Shown piece after piece: positions 26,533 through 38,150 of a DNA stretch of 64,000 nt. The position numbers and the translations under genes were made by a program. The stretch spans positions 26,725,592-26,789,591 of the forward strand of contig JARFYF010000053.1 of the NCBI GenBank assembly GCA_030265395.1. Direction: 5' to 3'. The notes under the pieces are model-generated. The model did not search any database. It saw only the letters and a program-made list of their open reading frames with translations, and was not told the DNA's origin. Every line of letters begins with the position of its first letter. The stretch's first letter is position 1. This stretch comes from Rhina ancylostomus. Lineage: Eukaryota.

Positions 26533-27613
26533 GCNNNNNNNNNNNNNNNNNNNNNNNNNNNNNNNNNNNNNNNNNNNNNNNNNNNNNNNNNNNNNNNNNN
26601 NNNNNNNNNNNNNNNNNNNNNNNNNNNNNNNNNNNNNNNNNNNNNNNNNNNNNNNNNNNNNNNNNNNNNNNNNNNNNNNNNNNNNNNNNNNNNNNNNNNN
26701 NNNNNNNNNNNNNNNNNNNNNNNNNNNNNNNNNNNNNNNNNNNNNNNNNNNNNNNNNNNNNNNNAATGAAAAAGTTTTTTTTGTCTCGCTGGTCGTTGTG
26801 GCTTTTTCAGTGGCTGGTACAGCTTGTCTGGTGAGGTTGGAACGAATTTCATGCTAATAGCGGCCCCAGGGTCCCCTGGCGCATGACAACTTGTCCGGTC
26901 TTTTGTTTAAAGCGTTTTCGTTGTTTGAATGGGGTATTCCTCTGCAGAAACTTCCAGTATTATCGTTCGCCAATGATAGTAGAAACTGGCCGAGACCCTA
27001 ATTACCTTCAATCACTGTTCTTGAGAAAGGAGGCGTTAATATTAATATCAAGGTGAAATTCTGGAGAGGTGTTAATAGAGGGCTGGATAGGTTTCAGTCA
27101 AGAATTGAACATTATCTCCATAGGTTAATGGGGCCAAATTAAATAGTTTAAACAGAAGTGGGACAAAAACTCTGGCTTGAAAAAATATTGTAAAACAATG
27201 TGTTGGTTTAAGGAAGCGGAGGGTAAAGGAAAACCGTAAAGGATTTCCATGGACTTCGGGACTTACCGAAATGTTCTTCATTCATTTTACCGAAAGAAAG
27301 AAATGTACAAAGCTCGGCGAGGAATGGGCCAGTGATTTTTTTGGCAGACGGTAAATGGTCACTGTGCCCTTGAGGCTCGATACAGGCGCGGGGGAAGGAT
27401 CCCGAGTTAAATCCTCATCTATGCGAGAGATGTCGCGGGAGGAACAGGTGTTTTGCGGAGTTTTAGGAACAACTATAGAGAGAGAAAATAAGAAACTTGA
27501 ATTATAATCGCTCTGCATGTGCGGAAAACATTTGAAGCAGAGGCAGCTTGGACTTTTACTATAAATACCCTCTGTTAATCCATTCTTGCTCATTTTTTCC
27601 ATTGTAATTGTAG

Positions 27614-27713
27614 GTTGGCGTAGCCAGTGAGTGTGGATCAAGCAGCGCCTCCTGTAGCCCCGAATGGAGCAGCTCCTCGGATCAGTGCAACACTCCGTAC
27701 AACACTCCCAGCG
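27614..27713 (+). CDS. MYOG: Myogenin exon 2 (100 nt, phase 0 to phase 1)
   Basis: Acceptor ttttttccattgtaattgtag| then VGVASECGSSSASCSPEWSSSSDQCNTPYNTPS, then G|gtaggt donor. Matches the myogenin SEC.S.SASCSPEW motif. Confidence 0.95.
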
Positions 27714-27811
27714 GTAGGTACCCACCTCTCTGCAGCAACAGTGTGACTTATTTCAACAGCGAGGAACCATTTCACCTTCAGTACCATGAAGCGAATTAGA
27801 TGCAACCTTCC

Positions 27812-27985
27812 AAGTGGAAATGCAGCACCCGCGGAAAGAGAACCACAGTTGATGTTTCGGGTCAAACGGAGCATCTGGGACCTGAAACGTTCCCTCTGTT
27901 CCTCTTTCCACAGGTGCTGTCTGACCCCCTGAGTGTTTCCAGCATTTTCTTTTCTAATTTCAGATTTCCAGCTTTGGCATTTTTA
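27812..27985. mobile_element. Short palindromic Penelope-like element in MYOG intron 2
   Basis: Inverted arms ggaaagagaaccacagttgatgtttcgggtc / gacctgaaacgttccctctgttcctctttcc, and a terminal tttcagatttccagc motif. Confidence 0.65.
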
Positions 27986-28637
27986 AAACAAAATCGAAGT
28001 GGAACTCTCAGTTATAAGCTTTATTTTGTTTAAACAGAAAAACCCCCAAAATAAACATATATCAACAAGGGAGTTAAGACAATTGATGGAACTGAAATAT
28101 ATTTTCTACTTCTACAGTTGTAACTAAGGTGGGTCCTAGAAGATTGCTTTCCCCAATGACCTGTTATCTCAGTTTTATCCAATGTTGTACTTTTAACCTT
28201 TCCAAGAGCATAGATGCCTTTCACCAACTCCATTTAAAAATGGGTATAAACACAATGTTTGATAGGCAATGACAAAACTCTTGAAAAGGAGCCACAGAAC
28301 CCTGTTCTGGACACCTGCACAGATTGCATCATTCCTGGGCTTGCCCATCCGGAAGTAAACTTCAGTGGAATGAGAAGTGAGCCGCTTCCATGCCAGATAT
28401 CATTCCTTCACACAATCACCCTGCTCGGGCCATCAGAACTAACCCACTCCAGGGAATTCTGGTAAAGCTCATCATTACCCCAGGGGTTTTAGACATGAAA
28501 TACAACATGTTTTAATATTAGTCCTTAAGAAAAGCACAGATAAATAACACAGGCAGGTTTGCCTGGAAAATAACATGGATATATTTGGCTAAAGAAAATT
28601 CAATTTATAAATTAACTGTTTATATTTAGCAGAGATT

Positions 28638-28822
28638 TAGAACATAGAACAATACGGCACAGAACAGGCCCTTCGGCCCACAATATTGTGCCAACATAGC
28701 TATTCCCTCCTATCTACAGAATGCCCATGTACCTCTATTTCCCTCTCATTCATGTGCCCATCCAAGCCCCTCTTAAAAGCCCCCAATGAATTTGCCTCCA
28801 CCACCCTATCAGACAATGCAGA
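28638..28822 (-). mobile_element. 5'-truncated CR1 tail in MYOG intron 2
   Basis: tagaacatagaacaatacggcacagaacaggcccttcggcccaca is the reverse of the CR1 3' tail. Confidence 0.75.
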
Positions 28823-28939
28823 TTTGCTGTACTTGTTTATGTAGGCTGAACATAATGATATAATTCACAGGGCAATGTCAGGCATAAGAGTGATATACTG
28901 AGAAATAAACAAGTGTGGGAAAGAAACATCTTGAAAATT

Positions 28940-29520
28940 ATTTTGCAGGTGGCAGATGTAGTGAAGGAATAGTTTAGGAAGATGCCCCTGCTATCAGTCA
29001 GTGGTGGAGCAGAGGATTTCAGTAAACTCTCAGAAGATGAGCACTGTGAGTGGGGATGAAGAAACCTGCAGAGGCTTGGAGATGGAAACAACAGAGAAAC
29101 TGAAAGTAGTACACCAAGGACTGGGGATCCAGTAGAGCATGAAGAGCAAACAGGATTTTTTATGCAATGAGGAATGGGCAGTAGAGAACTGAATGTTGAA
29201 GGGTGGGAGGCACACTAGATCATTGCAAAAGTTGAGCCTAGATATGATGGAAGATGTTCTCAATGCAGGTCACAGGATGTATTTTGGCTGTTGAAATGTG
29301 TAGTACTGGATATGAGGTTTCAGATTGGGTTTGGATGACGAGGGCATGTTGGCACTTTACTGGTGGGTTATAACAAGGTGAGTAATCATCATTATATTCC
29401 TGTTAGTGGCCATCTATGGTAAAATGATCCAGGTTGGATCTAAAAAGTATGGTTTTGGGATTTAGCTGGAAGAACATTTGTGCCATCCAATGCAAAGATA
29501 GACAAGTAGCCATCATGGGA
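28940..29520 (-). mobile_element. Old L2 LINE 3' fragment in MYOG intron 2
   Basis: IISRLNFCNDLVCLPP resembles the L2 motif TSRLDYCN.LL.GLP. Confidence 0.55.
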
Positions 29521-29759
29521 GAAGTTAAAGGTTAAAGGACGGCAGAAAAGGCTACATTATTTTTGCTCCAGATTCCAGCATCTGCAGTCTCCATATTCAA
29601 TGACTATCATCCAATTGACAATCAGTATGTGACCTGCGGGACAGCCTTTATTCTCATACTCTCAAAGCCAGACATTCAAGTTTAATGATCTATCACCTCA
29701 AACTTTGAATCTTAAATGTGGTGGGACATTGATTCATTATCTGTGTTGTTTTCTTTTAG

Positions 29760-29890
29760 ATCACTTACTATCTGTGAATAAGGGCCAGTCCACTGGAAGT
29801 GCCAGCTTACGCTCGCTCTCCTCTATAGTGGATAACATTACTCCAGAGAATTCACCAAGCAACTATTTGGAGAGCAACATCCAAAACTGA
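29760..29890 (+). CDS. MYOG: Myogenin exon 3 coding part (helix III)
   Basis: Acceptor gttgttttcttttag|, phase compatible with exon 2 (G+AT=Asp). Reads DHLLSVNKGQSTGSASLRSLSSIVDNITPENSPSNYLESNIQN* with the MRF helix-III motif L.SL.SIVD.I. Confidence 0.95.
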
Positions 29891-30197
29891 CTGGAAATTG
29901 CTGTTCTTTCCATGCATTTTTTTATAATTGAAAGCTTTTTTTTATTTTTATACACTTCAGTGTGTGTTGTGTATAAGGTTTGTTGACTCGAAGGGTTGCT
30001 TTATTAGAAAAAAATCATTCCTACTTCTTAAAACTGTTAAAAATGGCCAATGCTTTGTATAGAGCTTTATGACCAATGTGTGTTTTTCCAACTAAAGAGT
30101 CAGAAGTAATCGATGTAAATATAAATCCTTTTTACTGTTCATTTTTTTGAGTGAGTTTGTTATTTGGAGTTTTTTGCTAAATTATTTTGCTTTTTAC

Positions 30198-30219
30198 AAT
30201 AAAGTTATTATAAAATAAA
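30198..30219 (+). terminator. MYOG polyadenylation signals (AATAAA 30198-30203 and 30214-30219)
   Basis: Two AATAAA hexamers about 310-330 nt after the stop codon, following a U-rich 3'UTR. Confidence 0.7.
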
Positions 30220-33200
30220 TCAATAGTTGCATTAGTGGGAGAAACAATGCAAATGAATATACAGACATTTATTACAGTCAGTTTTTCTACAAGCTGAGAA
30301 GTTGTAGAGGTAGATAACTTTTTTTTGTCTATGGTCAAATTCAGAAAATGGTTTAAAACAAACATCAAGTCCCTTTATATCTGCCCTAATAAGAAGACCT
30401 GTACACTTCATGTGTCATTCCCCTTATAAACATTCTTATCACACTACACAGATAATTTATTGCAAATCCTAAATAATTACAGCAACATAGCAAGTTGGGG
30501 CTGAGCAGGTATCTCATTATATTGATTATCACGATGCCTAAAACATTTCTTTAAGTTTTAACTGGCAAATAATGATGTTCTTTGAACTTTGTTTCAGTGA
30601 GTGTCTGGAAGAGAGATTCTATCACTTCACAACCACCTCTACACAGATGCATTTTTATCATTAAGAGATTTAGATATAAACAATTTAAAATGTTTTCTTA
30701 ATCAAATACTGAAAACTTTGATAAATTAATTTAGATTTCAATTTCTTCCATATAATAGACTAATTTCCAACATTAAGTCATTGTTTAATATAGCCTGAAA
30801 ACTCCTAAACCTCCTCTGGTCTTTATTTCCTCCTACAACCTATAAGGTTAAAAGATATCTTAACTCTTTGTAATATTGATAGTCTTGACAATAGGCCTTG
30901 ACCTTCACCTTGGTTACTCAGTTTTATAAAAGGGGTTGTGTATTGGGAATGATCAAGCCTCTATTCAATGAGAAACATTCCACTGTCATTTGAAGTGCAC
31001 ACGGAACAATGCAGCATTTAGAATGTCAAGATTTCTCCTCTTATTAGAAACTGTCAGTAAATGGCCTAACCTGTATCCCACAGCAAACTCTCCCAGACCT
31101 CAGCCACTGCTGGTGGAATACATCAATCAAAAGCTAGTTTTTCTGGGGCAGGATTTCATTACGGGTGCCCAGCACAGACCCCTCCTCCTTTTACCATGTT
31201 CCTGTAGTCAGCTGACAGCCAAAGTATGACCTAATAGCAGGACCCAACATGGAAAGCAAGCACAAAAAATAGACACTAAGGGTTTCAAAATAGAGAGAAT
31301 CAACCCACCCATAAGTTCCATGTTTGCACACTGTGGTATCCTGATGTCATGCCATGTGCATTGTCCAGTCCTAACCATTCTTCAGTTTTCAGATGATCTC
31401 CAAAACAGCAGAGTCTGAAGCCTGAGGTTTGTCTCTCCACGCTTCAGGTCAGCTTATCAAAGGCAGTTACTTAAACATAACCAAGGACACAAACTTTTCC
31501 AAGAAAAAGTAATTAGCTGTTCTTAAGTATTCTTTTGCTGAGTTTGCCTTAAAAACCAGTGAAATATCTGTTGGTGAATTAGATCCAGGTAACTTAATCC
31601 CATTAAAAAACATTGGAAAACTTCCTATTTGTTGTAGTAGCTTCTTCATTTGTGATTGAGAAAATATTAAAATTAATATTTCTTCTTATACAGCTGCTCT
31701 GGAAAAACTTTACTATTTAATACCTTTAAGACATAAAATGTTTAAGATATTAATCAGATATTCCCACAAGATTTAAATTACTATCTCTTTCTTGTGATTA
31801 ATTTAGGTCCCAAAAAATCAAATGTTTTACTATTGTCCTTATCAAAAATTAGTAACAAAATCATTTCATCTTCCAAGATTCCAAATAAAATTATTCAACA
31901 GCTGCTAATGTTTAATATGTGGCAATCACATCCAGAATTAGATATTTTCACAAAATGCACAAAATTAACAGGTATGAGGCATGACCATTCTGGAATCCAG
32001 ATCCTTATTTCCTCTTATATTAACTCAAATAACAAGTATCATTCATTAAAATACAATGGTTTTAAAATGAGACAGAAAGTAAAGAAACAAAAGAGCATGT
32101 GTTTGAAACAAGGAAAAAAAGTAAAATCTTCAGAAACTTTTTGCAAATAACTGTAAAATTAAAAAAAAATAATTTGCACTGTAAAATAAAAGCATAACCA
32201 CATGCCAAGGAATAAAGGAGAAAATAAAATAGATGGAGCCAAACATTATCCTCACATTCACACAGCTTAAAGCAAAACTGCCTCTTAAAATATCAGAGAA
32301 GCATGTATTCACTGACCTATGACACTGAGGATGGAAGCAGGACCAAGACTGAAGTCACTCTGTCCAATTTTCAGAAAAATATTTTGTTGTTTATTCATAG
32401 GATGTTGATCACCAATATTTATTTCCCATCCTTAGTTAAAATGGAAGTGAGATGCAAACTTGAACTGCATGACCTATGTGGGCAGAGTAGCACTTGGTGT
32501 TTTTGCGTACAGAATTACAAAATCTTAAACAAGTACAAATGAATAAATTGGGATTTATTTCCAAGTTAGAACAGTGTGTGATTCAGAAGGGAACACACAG
32601 TTGTCTGTGCTTAATCCTCTAGATGGTAGAGGTTGGCGATATGGAAGGTGCTATTTAGAAAGCTTTGGTGAATTGCTGCAGTCAATAATGTAGCTAGAAC
32701 ACACCAACGTCTATTGATTCACTCCAACAGAACCGAATTTCAGATGCAGTTTAATTCACATTCATTTCTACATTGGACATGTAGTTCTTCAAACAGTGGA
32801 TATATTTGCATCCACATCTTTTACAAGTGAATGCTGAAGGACAAAAAATATGTTAATTAGATGAAATCAGATATGAACTGTCAAGCTGCTTTATTTTAAA
32901 GGGCAATGGTTAACAGTGACTTACTCCACTTGGTTTCAAACTCTCCTTTTAACTAGAAAAGTAAAGGCTATTTCTCACCACTGTAAATTAACCAGGCTTT
33001 TCCAGTCAACTTGCTGATTCAGACCAGGTTTGAAGACAAACAAAGTATATTATCATTTATCAGGCTGGAAGCTGGGCTTACTCCAAAATCTAAATGAATA
33101 TGAGCTTTCCTCTTTTTAATCACCTATGGCTGCAGAAATTAAGTGGATTATCAGCAACTTTTCTATTCAGTAATTTGGCAATAAAACTGTTAATTAACTC

Positions 33201-36200
33201 AGCAACTCCTGATGACCTAGAATAGATGGCCGGCAATTGACACACTCATCCATCATTAAGATATTTTGATGTATATTGAAAATCCAAGACAAGAAAAGAA
33301 ACTGTTGTCCCTCCTCTTATTGGCCTTTTCTAATTAATGCCTATATTCTTTGTCTTGGTAGTTTCGGAGTATTAATGTAGGAGAATTCTACTTCTGGCAG
33401 GGTCATTTAAATAAATCATCATGTTTAATTGCAATTGATTTCTAAATAATTTCTGTAGGAAAAGATAATCATGAAATTTGAGAAGCTGCTTTGGATTTGG
33501 TGAATCCATTAAACTAGCTTGGACTATAGCTGGATACTTATCTATGCTTTCCTTGGGATTTCTTTTAAATTAGCTTTAGTGGACCAAGAAAAATATGCTT
33601 ATCAAAAGTAATTCTAAGTTAATACTTATATTACCATTACTTAATCTTCTTCCTGTCCTGAATATTATGGAACGTTCACTCATACTTTCCCAACAAAACT
33701 CTTCCAATTTAAAGCAGTGTCATCTAATCACTTGACCTCATTGACAATCTGGGTCATGGAGAAATACTGCAGTGTGGAATACACAGTTCATGCTTCTTTC
33801 AGAATTTATGCAGCTGAAACAGCTGTTTGTTCATATTGCTGTGACTCCTTGGGCTATTATATGAAACCCAAGAGAGTTCACCTTAAATATTATACATGGA
33901 AAGATGCTTACTGAGTATACACGGTCGATGCATTGTCAAGAAGTATCCGAATTACAAGCAGCATGCTACATACAAATCTCTGCACAAGATCATCAAGCAA
34001 TTCCAAATCTCCATCAGTTTTTTAATATTTATTGTTGGTATAAGTGGCACAGATTTTGCCACTGGATTACATTTCTGTACAGATTGTCAAAGTAAGTTCA
34101 TTCAACTTAACCCAACTTTGTTGCAATTCATTATTGATGAAAGTGTGCTTTGACCAAGTCATTAGTCTGGGTTTTGCTGTCAATGACAATAATAATCATA
34201 TCGACTTGCCAATTATCAAGCAGGAATTTGATTGCAACTTCTGTCACCCAGATGCACACTCAGATGCAAAAATCCAGAAGCAACTGCTAAAGGTACCCTG
34301 ATCCTCCACAGGCACATTATTCTTATCTGACAGACTCAGCACTGAAACCAATGAAATTAAGGAAATTAGCCACAGGTTGCCCATAAAAAAGTTAGAAATG
34401 TAAGGGCTAATGCATTCATATGTGAGGGAGCTTTTTAACAGTGTAGATAGCATTAATTACTGCCAAACAATCTTCCTGGCATGAAAAATTAATTTGTAAT
34501 TGTTGGGTCTCATTCTCTCAGAAGAAAATTGACATTGTAGCCTTTTTAAAAAAGTGGCTTTTGTTTTTCTTTTTTCTTTTTTTCTTTTAATAATTGAGAT
34601 AAATAAGTTGGATTATCTTGTTTCTTTCCCCATGATGATTTAAATGTAAGTCATATTTTAATTTCTTACTTTCTGAATTGATTCCTTTGTGCTGTGGTGA
34701 GGGTTCTTTGGTCTGACTTACCAAAGGGCATTCCTACTGCTCACAGACCCTGTGGAGGGATAACATTAAATCATGTGGCACATCAGTAGAAATCTCAACA
34801 GCAAACCAACCAAGTCTCTGGGCAATGGTCAACAAGGTGCCATGTGAAAACTATCTCTGCTATGAAAGCCAAATCTTGAGCATTCCTTAAAAGAAAAATC
34901 CTATTTTTTTATATCTCTCAGTAATTCAGGGCTGGTGATTGTCAGTCAGCTCATAAAGCTACCTAAAGACTCTACGTGGTTATCAGCAGAGATTTCCACT
35001 ATTCCATCTTTTTATTTTAACCGCAGCACCCTCTGCAGGGAACGTGTGGTAAATGTGAGCAGGACACGCAGCAGAGTTGGTTAAATGCAACTTTTATTTC
35101 CACTTGCATCTTTGCTTAACAAAGGGTAGTTAAAAGTTCAGCAGTAATAATTTGCCACAATCAGGTTGACTCCTGACTAATCTCTCCAATGGTCTGGTTT
35201 TATCTAGTGAATTTTTTAAATACGCAAATGCAACCAGACCATTGTGTACCATGAAAAGCCAGGACCTCGGGGTTTGAAGCCTGATATGGAGTTCGCCTTT
35301 AAGAGCAGTCAGTCCAGCAGATCTGGAGCTAATACAGACCTGAAAATTAAATGGAGCAGATGTAGTGTTGATGCTGACTTGGAAATGAACATAAAGTTCG
35401 AAAGATAGTAGTGTTGACAGTTCAAAGCACACTTAAGGCGAGATAATAAGAGACACCCTTGGAACAACATCCACATTCCCTGAACGACCAAGAAAGAAAA
35501 TCATATTACAAAAGTTAACCTGTCAAACACAGGTACTAGTGATAATAATAGGTCTGCCAAATTATTTTTATGCAGTGCCTGTGCTCTATGATTACACTGG
35601 TTATCGGTGCAAAAGTGGCTCCATGAGATCTGGGTAAATCAGAACCCGTAATGAAATCTGTATTCATCTTTACATCATCTCAAATGTCAAGCCAGCTTTG
35701 CTTCTGGGTTTGTCAGCTCCATTTTCTTTTACACCACTTTGCTTTCCAAGTCAGCTTGAAGAGTGAACACTAAAATTTCAAATTTAAACGTTCTTCTGAT
35801 TTGGATTCTTTCTTGTTGTATGTGTCAGGAAATTGGTAAAAATCAGTACCAGTTTAGATGCATATTTTTATTGATTCAGTATTAAATCTTAAAACAAATA
35901 AAATCAATCTCTTACCGCAAATTGTAATGTGCATTATTTTGATCAAAACATTTCTAAATGGCTAATCACAAGCATAAAGGCAAATGCGAAGAATACCAAA
36001 ATTTATGAGTTGTTAGGCAAGTAACATTATTTTACTTTAGATTCAATGCCTGCTTGTAAATCATCATTTCAAAGATGAAGACCATCCTTACCCTATAGTG
36101 TTAAGGTGAATGCTTTGGCAATTGAACAGTGAAAAGTTTCACTTTGACGTACTGGGAGATATCTCGAAATTCTACATTCTCTCTTAATCTTCAGTACACA

Positions 36201-36787
36201 GGGGGATTTATATTTTATCAAACTCATACCTAATCTAAAAGCTAAATAACATATTGAACATTAATAGGTAAAAGAACATTACTTTATTAAGTACTTGGAG
36301 TATTTATAGTTCTTATTATTTGCATTAAAATACCAAAACAAGAAACACACATTTCGACACAATCCCCCAGCATAAAATTGACTTCAACAACACAGTCACT
36401 TACTTTCCATATAGCAGAAAGCATACTGATCTTGTTCAGTTTTCCCAATGGCTTCAGAGTAATTGACAACTGAAATAAAGTCATACACAGGAATACAATT
36501 CAACATCTTTTGAAGACAGATTGAATCAAAGGAGGCAAAACATTCAAATCTCCTTTAATTACAAAGAGGTGATGAATCTTTCACTGTTTGTCAGTTGGTT
36601 GGAGCATTTATTCACACGGGTAGATCAGACATTTAAAGAAGATTTTAAAGACATTCACTCAGCCAGTCTGCAATTACCTACAATGTCAAACTAACTGAAT
36701 TTAATCCAACAGAAATTTCGAATAAACATTTCAATGCCTCTGACGTTCAAATAAGTAAACCTGCTTGTGCTTTTTTCAGAAATATGT

Positions 36788-37129
36788 CACAGCTGGTAGA
36801 GCTGCTGTCTCACAGCTCCAGTGACCTGGGTTTGATCCTGACATCCAGTGCTGTATGTGTGGAATCTGCATATTCTCCCTGTAACCCTCTGGGCCTTCTG
36901 GACTACTCCCAGATCCCAAAGAGGCACAGGTTGGTGGGTTAATTGACACTGTAAATTGCCCCTAGTGTGTGGGTGAGTGGTAGAATCTGGGGTTGGGAGG
37001 GGGGTAGAGTTCATGGGCACGTGGGGAGAATAAATTGCGATTGATGTAGGATTGGTGTAAATGGGTGCTTAATGGTTGGCCAGTGGGCCAAACAGCCTGG
37101 TTCTATGCTGTATGACTCTATGATTCCAT
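36788..37129 (+). mobile_element. Near full-length HE1-like V-SINE (tRNA head, V core, CR1-type tail)
   Basis: A/B-box-like head (agctggtagagc..gggtttgatcc), V core, and tail gtgggccaaacagcctggttctatgctgtatgactctatgattccat. Confidence 0.8.
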
Positions 37130-37229
37130 TAATTGAAGATTGATGCCACAGAGTTTGAAACCTAATGGCCATGCTAAAACTAATGACAATAGAAATCAAA
37201 GGAAAACACTTCTACTAGTTGGAGCCATA

Positions 37230-38150
37230 CCTTACACAAAGGAAACTGGTTGTGGTCATTGGTAATTAATCATTTCAACCTCAGTATATCACAGCAGCAA
37301 TACATCAGGCTCAATATCCTCAGCTACTTCGTCACTAACCTTCCTTCTCACATAAAATCAAAAGTGGAGATATTTACCGATGACTGTACAATGTTCAATT
37401 CTATTTTCAACTTCTCAAAAAATGTCTGCAGACAAGACCTAGGCAATAATCAGACTTGGACTGATAAGTGGCAAATAAGCTTGTGCTCAATGTGCCAGAT
37501 AATCACCATCTCAAATAGAAATGTGACTGGCCACCCACCCTTGACACTTAATGGCATTTCTGTCAACAAGTCAACAACATCCCGGGCGTCACCAGTGAAG
37601 AGAAAAATAATTGAAGCATCTGCATAAAGGCTGTGGCTTTATTTGCAGGTCAGAGATAACCTACAGCCAGTGGCTCAACTCCTGATATCCCAAGTCCTTT
37701 CTACCATTTACAAGGCACAAGTCAATTGCTTGGATGAGTGCAACTCCACAATGCTCAATAAACTTGTGACCATCCAGGACCAAGAAGCCAGTTTGATTGA
37801 TGTCAAATTCACACGCTAAACATTACTTCCCTCCACCACAGTGACCACAATGTGCTCCAAAATGCATTGATTTATTTTTCTTCTCAACTCTAGTAGCACT
37901 TCCCAAATCTGGAACCTCTATTGCCAAGGATGACAAGGGCTACAAAGGCATTCGAACATCATAAGCTTCCAAGTCATGCACTATCCTGACTTGATAATAT
38001 ATCATTATTCTTTCATCAATGTTTGGTCAAGATCCTTAAACACATCATGGCCTGGCAGAAATAACATCATCTACAGCAGCTCAAGACAGTGGCTTACATC
38101 GGCACCTCAAGAGCAAGGATGAGCTAGTGATAAATGTTGCCTCCTATTTA
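37230..38150 (+). mobile_element. CR1-like LINE RT and 3' fragment
   Basis: LPSHIKSKVEIFTDDCTMFNSI..QDLGNNQTWTDKWQ contains a degenerate RT YADD/FADD motif. Confidence 0.75.

Larger units (their letters stand above)
24720..27900. promoter_or_regulatory. CpG-rich domain covering the MYOG upstream region, exon 1, intron 1 and exon 2
   Basis: CG dinucleotides are frequent on nearly every line here and scarce in the rest of the window. Judged by eye; boundaries approximate. Confidence 0.75.

Noticed and set aside
26530-26764. Missing GT donor for MYOG exon 1, or a possible GC donor
   Set aside because: The sequence runs into an N-gap at 26535, so the donor cannot be assessed.
26031-27874. Several minus-strand ORFs over MYOG (124, 144, 147 and 78 aa)
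   Set aside because: Antisense frames of GC-rich exon and CpG-rich DNA; no recognisable protein.
30016-30076. miR-1/206 (CATTCC) and miR-133 (GACCAA) seed matches in the MYOG 3'UTR
   Set aside because: Only 6-mer matches; too weak without conservation data.
36788-36860. tRNA genes here and at 42295-42365
   Set aside because: These are tRNA-derived SINE heads that continue into SINE bodies and do not form a full cloverleaf.
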